A stretch of DNA of 64,000 nucleotides from Octopus vulgaris (GCA_951406725.2 OX597834.1:4154001-4218000), one strand, 5' to 3'. Positions 13,200 to 27,200 are shown, counted from the stretch's first letter. The notes: a model not told the origin generated them from the letters alone. Program-made: numbers and translations.

Positions 13200-13845
13200 A
13201 AATTTTTAACAAGATGCATGACTTATGAGGACCATACAAGATATGTGCGAAGAGGTGGTCAGCAAGTCAGTGATGAATTTAGTGTGCAGGTAGGCCTCCA
13301 TCAATGTTTGATCTTCAATCCTCTCCTGCCTGTTGTCCTTCAAACTATAACAGGAATTAAATACTGGCTGACCATGGGAACTCTAGTAAGTTGATTAACT
13401 TGTTCTTATAGCAGAATTGGAGAAGGAATTCTAGACATGGAACCAAAACTAGGTATTAAAAAGCTTCAATTCACCAGAGCTTGGTTCAAAGTCCCCTACC
13501 ATTTGTCACAGTCTTCCTCCAGGCCATAACAGAAGGATTTAAAATAGGTTGCCCCTGGAAGCTATATGCTGATCTTGTTCTCATGGTAGAATCTGTAATA
13601 GAATTAAAGAAAGAATTCCAGGTGTGGAAGCAAAACCTGAAACCAAAACACCTTATAGTTAACTCAGCAAAGACTAAAATTAGAGTTAGGAAAACATCAG
13701 TAAATGGCCCTGTCTGATTCATAAGAAAGGTGTCGGCAGAAATTCCATGTGGTTTACTCAGTGTAAACTACAGACACACAAGAATGCAGAGGGACCACAG
13801 GAAGATTAACAGAAAAAGTAGACTGTATGTAGAAAACTTTCATAG
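13200..13845 (+). mobile_element. Degenerate RTE LINE family 2 RT fragments
   Basis: LQAITEGFKIGCPWKLYADLVL..ELKKEFQVWKQNL..VNSAKTK. Confidence 0.8.
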
Positions 13846-14235
13846 CTTGATTTAGTGCAATTTTCGTAGAAACGTGTTATAGTAATTAGTTTGTCCATTT
13901 CTTGAAATTCTGGCTCAAACATATTTAAGGCTTTGCATTCATTTTCTGTTTGATGTCTTGTCATGCAGGAATACACGTTTGACAAGTAGCATTAGTATGC
14001 GTTAATCCTATACTAGCAGTTGTGATAGTACTATCCTCTTAATTATTAGCTTTGCCCTTTTTCATCACAATGTGACCAGATTTGGCAATGACCATATTGA
14101 ATCCATGAGAATCTCTTTCTATCAACAGTGCTCTATAGCGATAGAACTGTGGTGCCAAAAATCTCATCGGGCATAGCTATTTGCTAGTGTCCCAACAGAG
14201 TTGTGAAAATGCTTTTATATTGCACTTTCAGTATT

Positions 14236-15310
14236 TCACTTATCCTCTGAGGATCTGCAGTCAGTGAGCCATTTCCTTTGAAGAGGGGGCTCCATCTTGT
14301 ACCACACTGAAGCAAACCCTTTTGCAAATCCACAGAAGGCTTTAGAGTTTATCGTTACATATTTTACAGCCCTGGGGTCTCTTTCTGCCTTCTCCTTTAC
14401 ATGGGAGTGCTGAAGTTCACTTTCAATCTCAAGCAATATTTGTTTGAGATAGGATTCTTCACTATCTTTCAGAGGCCCATCTAAACAGTTTGAGATCTTT
14501 GCTTGTTGTCTTATCAGGATCTTCCTATCCTTGAGAATTATGTTTTTCTGTCAGTTTGACATTTTGTCTCTGGAGCAATCTTGCAGCATATGTCATGCAT
14601 GATTGTCATAAGGTGCTGTAGCTTTAAGCCAATATCTTTCATAGAGAGACTAACAGACCAGCTTTCTTCGATGACCTTTTTCTGAATACCTTTCCAATCA
14701 GCTTTATGAAAGTTCATTCAGAAAAGGAGTCAGGTGCTTCTAGTAACCTGCATGTCTGCAGCTTTTTTGCAAACCATACATTGTTAATTCTGCTAAGTTA
14801 TAGTCCGAGAAAATTACCAGTGTGATTATAACATTGGACGAATGCTGGGTTACTTGTGAAGCAGAGGTTCAGAACATTTTTACTCCTTGTTGGGTGATGC
14901 ACAATTTGCATGCCCCTGTTAATGCAATGGAATACCTGAGAGAAGGTAGCCTTTAGGCCAATCGGCATCAGGGATGTTGAAGTCTCCTGAAGGCTGACAT
15001 CTAGGTTGGTCAATACTTCTTCCATCTTTTCGAGGCTCTCTTCAAATGAGTCCCCATGATTTGGAGCATCTGGTGAGCAGTATGTAGTACATACTACCAT
15101 TTCGATCTGTTTGATGTGTACTGCCAGAGTATGTTGAAGTGTGACAGTAGAACTATAGGCATGACATCTTCTTCCCAGATGGACATTGAAACTCCAGCAG
15201 GAGTTCTTTCTCCTGATAATTTGAAATACATGTTTTGGTTTGTGTATCTCACTAGCTGCCATTGCCAGCAATCAAATGTGCTTCTGTTGGTGCTATGCAT
15301 TTTGTTTGAT
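14236..15310 (-). mobile_element. CR1-like LINE ORF2 endonuclease/linker relic
   Basis: HPTRSKNVLNLCFTS (PTR..LDL APE motif) and AVKYVTINSKAFCGFAK, frameshifted. Confidence 0.65.
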
Positions 15311-15439
15311 TACATGTAACTAAGTCTCTCGGGTATGGGGGCTTTGCATTGGTGGAATGTTACAAGGCCCAACATTCAACAGGAATACTGATGTGAAAGA
15401 AATGGTTGATAGTGATTTAAAAGTTTCAACCAACTTCCT

Positions 15440-16390
15440 CAGTATATAAAAAAAAGCTGGGTAGAAATTCCATATGGTGCACCCAAGGCAAATTATGGAC
15501 ACACAAGATATAGAATGGAATCACAAGCAGGTTAACAGAATAAGTAGACTTTGTCTCTGGAACATGCACAGGAGCAATAAACACTAAAAATGTATGGGAA
15601 TTAGATTTTCTCAAATGCCCAGGAGGATCCTTAGATGTGGTAAATAGCTTCTGATATCTAGGTGAGTTAATTAGTGGAGGAAGACAATGTCCAGAAAGTA
15701 TAGTAGCCAATAGTAAGAAAAGACTGGAAAAGTTCAGAGAGCTATTACTACTGTTCATAATAAAAAGGTTCTCTCTCTCCTTAAACGTGAAAGATAGACT
15801 ATATAAGACTTGAGAATGCGGCGAGCTGGCAGAAACATTAGCACGCCGGGCGAAATGTGTATCCGTATTTCGTCTGCTATTACATTCTGAGATCAAATTC
15901 CGCTGAGGTCGACTTTGTCTTTCATCCTTTCGGGGTCGATAAATTAAGTACCAGTTACGCACTGGGGGCGATATAATCGACTTAATCTGTTTGTCTGTCC
16001 TTGTTTGTCCCCTCTGTGTTTAGCCCCTTGTGAGTAGTAAAGAAATAGGTATAAGACTTGAGTACAAAATAATGCTACAAAGTAAAACATGGGCCCTGAA
16101 TGCAGAGGACTTGCAAAGATTAGAAAGAGCTGAAGAACACATATTCCACTGGATGACCAATGTCAGTGATATAAACAACCGAGTACGAATGTGTAGAGAG
16201 AACAACTAGCAAAAACAGGAGTCATGGTATGGGCACATGATGCGTATGGAACCTATGGAAGAGGGAGATCCAGCAGTGAAGTCATGACCTCAGGATGCTG
16301 AGCTTCACAGAGCAGAGATGACAAAGGACCAATAGGATTAGCAATATGTTGTGCTTGAGAAGACCTGCCTATCACAGCAAAACTGGTTTC
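15440..16390 (+). mobile_element. Degenerate RTE LINE family 2 fragment containing a SINE B
   Basis: Colinear with about 18020-18870. Confidence 0.75.
15815..16049 (+). mobile_element. SINE family B copy
   Basis: TSD TATAAGACTTGAG (15802-15814 / 16050-16062). Confidence 0.9.
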
Positions 16391-17704
16391 AAAAAGCACA
16401 CTGAGTATACACAACAACTGACCCCCCACCCCCCGCATGCAGTGCCTCTTCCCTGCCCTCTCATCTCTCTTCTAACTACTACGTTATCCTGCGACTATAA
16501 TTAAATGAGAGCACAACTAAATATTCCGTGCTCTCCTTCTGCTGGACCAATTATCTAACCCCTTTACCCCTGAACTATATTTTAATGACACCTAAAACAT
16601 CCTTCTGGACACCATTTCATATCTGCCACTGTCTGTTTGCTACTCACTGTATCCACCCCTAACATACCTCTGACCTCCACTACACATATCACTATACACC
16701 TCTCAAATTCTATCCCCTCACACTCTTGCAACTTCTACCCCCCACCCCCACCCCCGTCTTTCATCACCCTATTGCTCATCCTTATGCTATCTACAGTTAC
16801 ATTATGATTCTGTTCCTCTTCACTATTTCTGTACTGCCACACCTCAGCACTCTTCCCCCCACCACCACCACCACCACCAAACCACTTCTACTGGCATCTA
16901 TCCCTCATTCCATCCCATTCCTTCCAACTCATATCTATTATCATTTCTCCACCCTTGTTCCCCATTCACTCCAACCCCCTCCCACAACACTTTTGCTACT
17001 TTACCCACCCACCCTTCTTGGTCCTTTTGTCCTCACTCTCTTATTCACCTTATAATTTGAGAGTATGATCCATCTCATCACAATCATATCTATCTCACTT
17101 TCCAGCCCCACCCAAATTACTCCCACCCACCATTATATATAAAAAGCCTGGAATAGTATTTCTTCTACGCCAACAAACCTCTTCCTATCCAATCATCACA
17201 CTCAGACCTCTCGACACCGAACATTAAACCACCTCCCTCTCCACTATACTCCTGCTCAGTCATGGAGTATATTTGTGAGTCACATGGCAATCCCACTAGT
17301 GTTGGTACCATGAAAAGCATCACAAAGCGGCTGACATTAGGAAGGGTATCCACCCACAGAAACTATGCCAAAGCAGACATTGAACACTGGAAGGAGTCCT
17401 TTGACTCAGTGGAGCCTATCGAACTATCAACATCTGCCAACTTGGAAGACTGACATTAAACGATGTGTGTGTGTGCATGTGCAGTTGTAGGTGTATTTGT
17501 GTATATCCACACAAGAACAGGTGTAATTATATGGTGCACTCAAGAAATGAAACCCATGTTTATATGCAGGATGCTGCTTATATGCATATCCTTCCTGTTG
17601 GAGTTTTCAAGAGATGCACACATGCTAAAGTCTCTATCTATATATATCTCATGCTATCCATGTACATATAGGTCTGTGTACATTTATGTGTGTTTGTGTG
17701 CATG

Positions 17705-19128
17705 TGTGTCAGGCCCTATAAAGAGAGTAGGGTAAGGGCTAGGGTTGGCAATGAACATAGTGAAGAATTCCGGGTAGAAGTAGGGGTCCATCAAGGATCA
17801 ACCCTCAGCCCCCTCTTATTCATAGAGCTCCTCTATGCTGATGACCTGGCCCTCATAGCAGATTTACTACCAGAACTAGAGAAGAAATTTCAAGTGTGGA
17901 AGCAAGGTTTAGAATCGAAGGGCCTTAGGGTCAATGCTGCAAAGACCAAAGTTCTAGTAAGTAGGAAAGCAAGCACATCACACACCCCTTCAGGTAGGTG
18001 GCCCTGCTCGATATGTAGAAATGGTGTAGGTAGAAGCTCCATAAGATGTACCCAGTGTAAGCTATGGACACAAAAGAGGTGCAGCAACATCAAAGGAAGA
18101 TTAACTGAGAAGATAGCTTTCGTGTGCAGCAGATGCACAGGGACAATAAACACCACAGATGCTCAGAAAACAGATTCCATCACCTGCCAGGAGGAGAAAT
18201 AGAAGATAGTTTTCACTACCTAGGTGACCAAGTCTCTAGTTGGGGATGGATGCTCAGAGAGAGTTACTACTAGAATAAGAATAGCCTGGGAAAAGTCCAG
18301 AAAGCTTCCACCCCTACTTGTGACAATGGGGGTTCGCGCTCAGAGTGAAAGGTAGATTGTATGATGCATGTGTGTAAACTGCCATGCTTCACAGCAGTGA
18401 AATATGGGCTGTGACTGCTGAAGACACGTGTAGACTCGAAAGAAATGAAGCTAGCATGATCCGCTGGATGTGTAACGACAGAGTGTAAGCACCCTGAGAG
18501 AAATGTTAGACATAAGAAGCATCGGATGTGGAGTTCAAGAGATACGTTTGCGTTGGTATGGTCATGTATTGCGGATGGACGAGGAGAGCTGTGTGAAGAA
18601 GTGCCACTCCCAAACAGTGGAAGGAATCCAGGGTAGAGGGAGACCCAGAAAGACATGGGATGAGGTGGTGAAGCATGGCCTTCAAATGTTGGGCCTCACA
18701 GAGGCAATAACAAAAGACCAAGACCCCTGGAGGTATGCTGTGACTGAGAAGACCCAGCAAATAAAGTGAGTTCACAGCTGTAACCTAAACCAGTGTCGCA
18801 TAACAAACCCACTTAAAGTACCTTGGATCGTAGAGTGACATGCCGTGCTTGAGGGGACCTCTTGAATCAAGAACGTCAACATCAATATCTAAATCCTATC
18901 AAATTACAATCAAATGGAACCCCTGTCTGGTTTCCATGCCGATGGCATTTAAAAAGCACCCTCTACACTTGCAGAGTAGTTGGCATTAGGAAGGGCATCC
19001 AACTGTAGAAACACTGGCAGATCAGATTGGGGCCTGGTGAGGTCTCCTGGCTTCCCAAACCCCAGCCGAACCAACCAACCCATGCCTGTATGGAAAACGG
19101 ATGTTAAAAGATGATGATGATGATGATG
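17705..19128 (+). mobile_element. RTE LINE family 2, 3' 1.4 kb (RT C-half with internal Cys-rich finger, C-terminus, 3' UTR, (GAT)n tail); inactive
   Basis: VGVHQGSTLSPLLFI, LYADDLAL, KTKVLVS, RLRWYGHVLRM, RGRGRPRKTW-like motif; stops and frameshifts present. Confidence 0.92.
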
Positions 19129-19419
19129 ATACATATATATTTAAATATGAATTAAACAGCTTGAGATGTATAAAAAAAATTGAACACACACACACGGCAA
19201 GGGTCTTTAACCAGAGCCCCAAGACAGTCAAAGACTTGTGAGCAGGTTTCATAGACAGAAACAGAAAAAAAGTGTCATGTGTATGTATGTATATATATTA
19301 TATATTTAGTGCACAACTCTCCTTCACTTTAAAAAAAAATATCACCATCCAAGTCATCCTCAAGGATGACTAGATGATCCCCATCAATCCAACGGACAAA
19401 CATGCAATATTTGTATAGA

Positions 19420-20615
19420 AGGGGAGGCTGAATACGAAGGATTGATGCCAGAGCTGTGAAATCTTGAATGCATTAATTTCAGTTTTTATTATTAATAACT
19501 CCATTGTTTCTTTCCAGGTAAATTGACATCTGACTGTTCAAAGAAAACTTCAATAGTAAAAAACTAGCGACTTCTCTTGAAAATGGGCAAAATTTGGCAT
19601 CAGGGTGTTTTCGAGTACCTGCACACAAAAAAAAAAGGCTTAGCCCCAAGGACATTCACATTGTTGCAACATTAGGGGATGATGCTCCAACTTAATCAAC
19701 AAAGCTAAAGTGAGCAACTGAATCTAGGAGGGGACCTTGAAGATCACCTAAGGTTCGGACATCCTGCAATTGCCACCACTGAGAAAAACATTGATCATGT
19801 CCACCACATGCTGATGGATGGCAGACAATTGACTATAAATCAAAGAGCCAATGCTATCAGCATAGCCTGTGAGACAGTTGAGAGTATTCTGCACAATGAA
19901 CTTGGCATGACAAAAAGTTTCTGCTTGGTGGATCAAAAACACATCAGACTGATCCCATCACTGAAAAATCTGACACAGTCTGTGGGGGATCCAGCTGGTT
20001 TCCCTGAATGTTTCCTAACCCAGAATGAGTGTTGGGTTCAGTTTGAGCCAGGTACAAAGAGACAATTCATGCAGTGGAAACACCCCCCCCCCACCTCACC
20101 TGCTCCAAAGAAGGTTATGGTCATTTCATCTGTGGGGAAGGTGATGGCATGTTTAATGGGATGCAAAAGACATTGTGTTTATTGACTCTCGTCAAAAGAG
20201 CCACACCATCAATGGAGAGTACTACGCCAACTTACCAAGGCAGTTACAAAAGGATATTAAGAGCAAATGCCCAGGAAAACTGGCAAAAGGGCTCCAACAC
20301 ATGTGCATGACTGGCTTTGAACTGATTGATCTCCCTCCCTATTCTCCTGATTTGACCCCATCTGATTATCATCTGTTTCCCAACAGGAAAAACACTTAGC
20401 TGAGAACCAGTATCACACTGATGATAACATTATATCGGCCGTTGATGACTTTTTTGACCAACAGGATGAAAGCTTCTTCACCAGTGGAATCCAAGAACTG
20501 CAACACCGATGGAAGAAGTGTGTGGACCACAATGGGTATATATGGGTGAGCATATGTGTATATACATATATATATATTAGCAATAACTATAATGATATAG
20601 AACTTCTTCATCCTC
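19420..20615 (+). mobile_element. Mariner transposon relic (transposase pseudogene)
   Basis: ILHNELGM, FLTQNECWV..TKRQFMQW, TINGEYY and PPYSPDLTPSDYHLF motifs spread over several frames. Confidence 0.9.
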
Positions 20616-21109
20616 AAAATTTATTTTCTCCTATTTTACAATTTTATACAGCATATATACTCCAGACAATATAACCATCCAGTGAAGCGAACACAAAATT
20701 ACCCGTCGGAAGAATTTACAGAGTGACTGACAACTAATAATAGTCAAAGGCATTAAATACTGATTAATGCGGTTAGCCATAACCTGGAACATAACTGAGA
20801 GCCACCATGGTATCCACCCAGATGTTATATCCCTCCAAACATATATACACACACACACACAAACATACACAGAGAGAGAATAGTCCAATAAGTTTTCCTA
20901 AGTCAGAAGAAAACAGAAACTCATATATTAGGTAATAAAGTGGATATATTAATAAAAGTATTACAAATTTACACTTAAAATGGTCGATTCATGGTACCAA
21001 ACAGTTTCCTGTAAAACACCTTCCAAGAGTGAAAAGGTAAATTAACAATCATCGAGTATGGCTGAATGAGGGAGTATAGCTTGGTCCCTTTTCGATTGGG
21101 GGTCTGAAA

Positions 21110-21475
21110 ACACTACAACCGTGGTGATCTCATTCTTGCTCACAACATCATAAGCACAGAGTGTAACCTCTCGAAAGAGCTGTTCTTCACTCCTGCTCCA
21201 GAGCGTCGGCTGCGGGGTCACTCCGAAAAGCTCTATCTACGACGATTTCATCTCAATCGAAGGAGAGGGCTTTCTCCGTCCGGGTTGTGGATCCGTGGAA
21301 TAAGCTGCCGGACGAGATAGTGAAGATGCCGATGACCGCTCGGTTCAAAGTCTCCCTTGACCAGAAATGGCCTGAACTCTTTGCATGAACACCACCCTGT
21401 ACATAACTCCATGTCCCCCTACATGGCCTTGCTTTTTGCTTTTTGAGCCAAAAAATTAACTTAACTTAACTTAAC
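21110..21475 (+). mobile_element. CR1 LINE 3' end with (TTAAC)n tail
   Basis: RGDLI..RLRGHSEKL..VRVVDPWNKLPDEIV..FKVSLD. Confidence 0.85.
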
Positions 21476-22521
21476 CAGTTTACAAGTCTAAGAGTTGTAA
21501 AAAAAAAAAACAAAAAACAAACTCATGAATGAAAAAAGACAAGGCCGGGTTTTTTCATCCATGAGTTTTATTTGGGTTTTTGTACATAATCTCATCTCTG
21601 AGATATAAAACGGTTTGGAAAACCAGATCAAGCTACAGTCTTAGAACAGAATGGAAGCTGAGATTTGAAAACCACAATCAATCCTCTCCTAGTAAAAATA
21701 AGTATGATGGTCAAATGAGTAATTTGCTTACTGATGTTTTGCAAACAACTTGCACGTGCAAGTGCTGCCAGTCAAGAATTCCGCATACCAGAAGCCAACA
21801 AGTATATGCAGTCATCAGGAGAGAATGTGCACCGTTTCAGGGCCTACCTCTCGGCGGCATCATTGCGCACTGGCACACTGATGTGAGACCCCGCTGGCTA
21901 GATCAGCTGGTTATTAAATAAAACTCAATAATCTTCTAGCCATCGCACATCGTCTCTTTTTAACCAAATCCAGTGGCTAGCCTTTTCCGCTGTAGTTTGG
22001 ATATCGGTCATGGTGGTATTTATTTTATGATGAGTTAGGCCTAAAGATAACAACAGTCATATCACACTGTGTCCCTCTACATCCGACTTTGAATGGGAAA
22101 TGCTCTGCTTTCCTGCCTGCATCTTCACATTCCTCGAGGAGGTTTACATAATGGTCAATGGTTTCGAGCCTGAGTGGCATCCATGTTACTCTTTGCTCTA
22201 GCTTTTCTCATGAAATCATTCACCTATTTCTCCCTGATGTCCCTAATTTGAAATTCGATGTATGTGTATATAGGCACAGGCATAGATGTATGGTAAGAGC
22301 CTTACTTTCTAACCACATGGTTTTGGGTTCAGTCCTACTGTGTGGCACCTTGGGCAAGTGTCTTCCACCATAGCCTCAGGCCAACCATAGACTAGCGAGC
22401 GGATCTGATAGATGGAAACTTTGTGTGTATGTGTGTGTGTTTCTGTCTACTAAGCCCACTCGCAAGGCTTTGACAGTCCTGGTGCTCTAGTAAAAGACAC
22501 TTGCCTAAGGAGCTGCACATT

Positions 22522-23366
22522 GAAGGTGCCTTCCAGAAGTTTTGAAACTTTTCCAGGAAACACATTTATTGATTTCAAAGTACAAAACCCTGTTTTCCTT
22601 CAAAATAGAATCCTCTGACTTCAAAGTACTAGGGCTCCAGCCACGAAGGACCTACAGAAGTTCTCCAAAGCAATGTCACAGTCTCCTTCATCTTCTCGAT
22701 GTCTTCAAAAACGACTCCCCTACAGGTTCTCCTTCAACTTGGGGACAGTAGGAAGGGTGAGGGACAGTTTTGATGCCCATCTTTGTCGAGTAGTTGGTTC
22801 CCAGGATGGAATTCTGGACTGTTGCAGGTGCTCAGCCCTTTTGCAATGAAAGCTCTTCTTGAACTCCCTCAAAACCTCCTCAAAGTATTTTTTGTTGACC
22901 ACCTGGCCAGAGGGTGCCCAGTGGATGGAGATGATGCCCTTGCTGTTGAAAAAGGGGATCGTCAGTACCTTCTCAGTAGACTTGTTTGGCCTAGACTCTT
23001 ATGCCCACAAAAAAAAACCAGACACTTTCACTCATATAAGCTAATCCATAAGCAGTCTGGATCATGGCTAATCCATAAGCAGTCTGGATCATCTCTTAAG
23101 TTTCTGCAACATCTTTTCCCAGTTTAACACAAAAATTTCCATCACATCTCAACTGCATGCTGCAAGCTAGTCAGCTGTGAGAAGCAGTGTTAAGTAGGAT
23201 GTGTTCAAAGTCCTGTTACAGCCAGTTTCCTTGATACTGAAACAACAAAAGTTAGCAGGTAAGCCTATTAGATGTACAGTAATGATATTCTAAAATTACA
23301 ATAATCTAGGACAGTTGTAACTGTCTCTCCCAGAAAATAGTCCCAAATTTTCTGGAATGCACCACA
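22522..23366 (-). mobile_element. Internally deleted mariner element
   Basis: Imperfect TIRs GGTGCCTTCCAGAAGTTTTG / GGTGCATTCCAGAAAATTTG; transposase remnant GQVVNKKYFEEVLREFKK..KRAE. Confidence 0.75.
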
Positions 23367-23484
23367 CACGTGTATGTGTGTGTGTATATGTGTATATATA
23401 TCCTTCAAGGCAATGTCACAGCATGGAGATAGCCAAATGACTAAACCATGATGATGATGATATATATATCATCATATATATATA

Positions 23485-23770
23485 TCACTGTGACCGACTA
23501 GGCTATCAGATGTTGCTACACATCGCTGGTCATATGAGCTTCACATTGTTTTAACCTTCAAATGACGCCACCCCGCTGACTAAGTGAGCAGGCCAACAGA
23601 AGAAAGAGTGAGAGAAAGTTGTGGCGAAAGAGTACAACAGGGATCACCAAAACCCCCTGCCGGAGCCTCGTGGAGCTTTGGGTGTTTTCGCTCAATAAAA
23701 ACTCACAACGCCCAGTCTGAGAATCGAAACCGCGAGTCTGCTGCCCTAACCACTGGGCCATTGCACCTCC
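23485..23770 (-). mobile_element. SINE family C copy
   Basis: Reverse complement of 2250-2554 with small deletions. Confidence 0.85.
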
Positions 23771-24368
23771 ACATATATATATATATATAAATTAATATAT
23801 ATAAGGATAAGATCGTTAATTTAAAAATAAAATAACGATTTTATCAAGTGGTCAGCATGGAAAAATAACCTTCAAAGGTAATAATTATTAAAATTATAAA
23901 TTAGGGTATCTACAAGATACCACCATGCTGAAGAAATATATATATATACACACACACACACATATATATAAATCATCTCTCTCATGAAAATTTGAATATT
24001 TCACTTCTCTCATGGCTGTTTGCAGCACTAATGTGGTCTGTCTCAATAATATTTCCTTTCCTGTGAGCATGGCAGCAGCTCAGTTGTTGTTCTCTTTGTG
24101 ACTCTCAATCATAGCTCCATGTATGTTCACTGCCAGCTCTGGCCATCTCCTCCAGTCTCCTGTCACCCCACTCATATAAACACCACGGGTCATTCTGTTT
24201 CATATTTCCAAAACTCTTGGTTGCTTCTAGACATTGCTCTGTGATAAACAAAAATGTCAAAATAAGCACAAACCTGTCTTCTTAGCATTAATTTCTGCCA
24301 TTTCATTCACTTTGCATTCTACTATTAAAGCTGCCCTTTTTTTCCCCCCTTTTCTTTCATCTTCCTTC

Positions 24369-24730
24369 ATCATCATTATTTAGTATCCCTTTTTTTCCAT
24401 GTTGGCATGGCTAAAACTGTTTGACTGGGAATTGCTAAACCAGAGAGTTGCACCAGGCTCCAGTCCGTTCTGGTTTGGTTTCTATGGCTGGATGCCCTTC
24501 CTAATGCCAACCACTCCGCAAAGTGTACTGGGTGCCTGTTGTATGTCACCAGCATGGGTTCCTTTTATGTGGCACTGGCCCCAACTACAATTTCACTCGG
24601 CTTGACATGTCTCCTCAAGCACAGCAAATTGCCAAAGGTCTCAGTCACTTGTCATCAGCTCCGCGAGACTCAACATCTCAGGACCCTACTTCACCACCTC
24701 ATCCCATGGTCTCCCTCCTTATTCATATTT
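24369..24730 (-). mobile_element. RTE family 2 3' UTR / C-terminal fragment
   Basis: Matches about 18650-19128 in reverse. Confidence 0.7.
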
Positions 24731-24959
24731 CTTTCTCTCATGTCAGCAAGGCAGCTCACTGGCCATGAAAAGGGCCGGTGCATGGCAAGAGAGCTGTCAT
24801 GCCCCCCACCACCCATAATGGAAATTGTTCTCCCACCCCCATCCTCTTTGCCTATATCAGTATCCTACAAACCACAGCAATAAAATGGAAACGCAAACAC
24901 ACAAGACACTGGAAATTAGGAATACTTGTAATTATTTGATAATAGTTCTAAACTACATT

Positions 24960-25581
24960 CATCATCATCATTGTTCGACCGTGGTCGAGACAATGGAATT
25001 TACCATGCTACGCCAGACTTCACGGTCCGTCATGGCATGTATCTAGAAAGGGTATGGCCTGGTCAGCCTGTAATGACATGCATAAGATCTGGTCATCAAA
25101 TCTAAGTAGAGACTTCAAACTTGAAATATTCAAAGCCACAGTCGAACCAATCCTACTATATGGCTCAGAAACCTGGACGTTATCAAAGAAGCTTGAGAGG
25201 CGGTTGGATGGAACCTACACTCGCCTCCTTATGAGAGCTCAAAATCTCTCGTGGAGGCGCCATCCAACTAAAATGCAAATATATGGGAAATTACCACCTG
25301 TGTCATCTCTTGTGAAGGGTAGGAGAGTCCAGTTTGCTGGACATTGTTGTAGAGCTGAAAAAGAAGTAATTTCTACTCTTCTCCTCTGGAAGCCATCTAC
25401 TCGCAACACCAGAGGGCGCACACTCTCCTACCCTGATGTAATCTCCAGGGATACAGGCATCCAGCAACAGGACCTCCGTAATGCTATGATGGACCGTGAA
25501 GTCTGGCGCAACATGGTAAATTCCATTGTCTCGACCACGGTCGAACAATGATGATGATGATCCCTGGAGATTACATCAGGG
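24960..25581 (+). mobile_element. RTE LINE family 1 3' end (ORF 25054-25551) with an inverted second 3' end at 24960-25038
   Basis: IFKATVEPILLYGSETWTL..RRLDGTYTRLLMRA..RRVQFAGHC; (ATG)n tails on both outer sides. Confidence 0.9.
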
Positions 25582-25769
25582 AGATTACACCTTTGTGGTA
25601 GATGCAACAAGTGTGAATAAGAATGAATGATGGTAAATTAAATATAAGGACAAAGAGTGTAAATCTACCAACAGCTGATAAACCATTGCACAACCCTTCT
25701 TATTCCTCACAGATGCAGACATAGTCATACGATAATGGATTAAACATAATTCCCATCAAAGATACACCC

Positions 25770-27200
25770 TAAACTTCATGGCTGCAACCATAAATGTAGG
25801 CACAATGAAAAGCAGATCTGGTAAGATTGAGGTAACGCCAAAGTAGAGACAAGTGCACGTATGCTGTGTACAAGAGGTAAGATGGAAGAGATCCTCAACC
25901 AAACTTATCACAAGCAAGAAAGTGATACAAATTCTTCCAGACAAGTAATAGCACCTGCAGGGTGGAATAGACATACTGATGGCAGGAAAATGGATAGTAA
26001 GAGTAACTGAAGTAGTTAGGATACATGATAGGATAATTGAGACTAGTTATAGGCAACTCAACAACACATGCCCCACTGAAGGGATTCACAAAAGCGCAGA
26101 AGGACAGCTTCTGGGAGAGCCTTCTGCAAACTGCCTCAATGAAGACTTACAGCAACTTCATTCTCGTGGTTGGTTATTTCAACAGTCATGTTGGCCAGCA
26201 TGCCAATAGCTTCTACAACATACATAGAGGCTATAGATATGATGAGAGAAATGAGAAGGGTGTACAGCTCCTGGAATTCTGTGATACAATGGATCCAACA
26301 ATCTGCAACACACACTTTAGAAAACCAGCCAACCACATTATCACTTACAAACCTGGCATACATGCAAGTCAGATAGATTACATTATCAACAGGAGAAGAG
26401 ATGTTTCCCGGTGAAGATTCACAAAACGACAGAGATTGGAGGCAAGTGACTTCAAGGTCAGAGTTAGGCAGACACACAAATGAATGACAAGAGGAAAAAG
26501 GAAGATATGGAAACTAAAAGATCCTGCAGTTGAGAAGAGATTTAGAGAAACTGTAACTGACATATATGACCGTAGGGAGGTAGATTTAGATACCTGGAGC
26601 ACAGTTGAAAGCAGTGAATTTCTAGGAAATGATTTACTTAAGGCTATAGAATAGACACATGGTGGTGGAATGATACAGTTCATATGGCAGTAAAGACTAA
26701 GAAACACGCTTGGAAAATCGGGGAGAAAAGTAATTGTACCAAATGGCTAGATGGGCAGTTATGCAACAGAAATATTTGGCTTTGGGTGAGGCAGAAAAGA
26801 CAAGATTTACACATGTCTTGCAATACAAGAATCAGAGGTGTGAAGCGTCCAGGATCGCAAGATAGTGTATGAAAATGAATAGCGATGTCACTGGCCAAAA
26901 GTGTACTCAGAATGATAAAGATATATTTGCCAGTGATATGGAAGAAAATGATGTGATAATACTGTTATGAAAAGCTGTTGAATGTGGAGAATGTATAATA
27001 TGTATATGATAAAGAAGGGCTACTTCGACAGAAGGACGAGTAATTCAAGCAGCATGGTAGATAAGGTAATCAAAGACATGAAGAGAGGGAAAGTTGCAGA
27101 GATGCTCAAATTATCCAGTGAGGTCAGTTGCAATTACCACCCGGATATGTAATCTAGTTATACAACCAATGATAAGCAAAAGCCGTATCGTTGTAAAGTA
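25770..27200 (+). mobile_element. RTE LINE endonuclease region relic
   Basis: TINVGTM, CCVQEVRW, VVGYFNSHVG, RNEKGVQLLEFC, SQIDYII (APE motifs). Confidence 0.85.

Noticed and set aside
21820-21985. Possible solo LTR
   Set aside because: AATAAA is present but there are no clear TG..CA ends, TSD or PBS
23040-23092. 27-bp tandem duplication (and an 11-bp triple repeat near 44686-44720)
   Set aside because: Ordinary slippage in or beside dead TEs
24100-24301. Minus-strand MAEINAKKT exon plus acceptor at 24239
   Set aside because: The implied intron is only 35 nt and the open frame stops after about 44 codons; the acceptor alone is not enough
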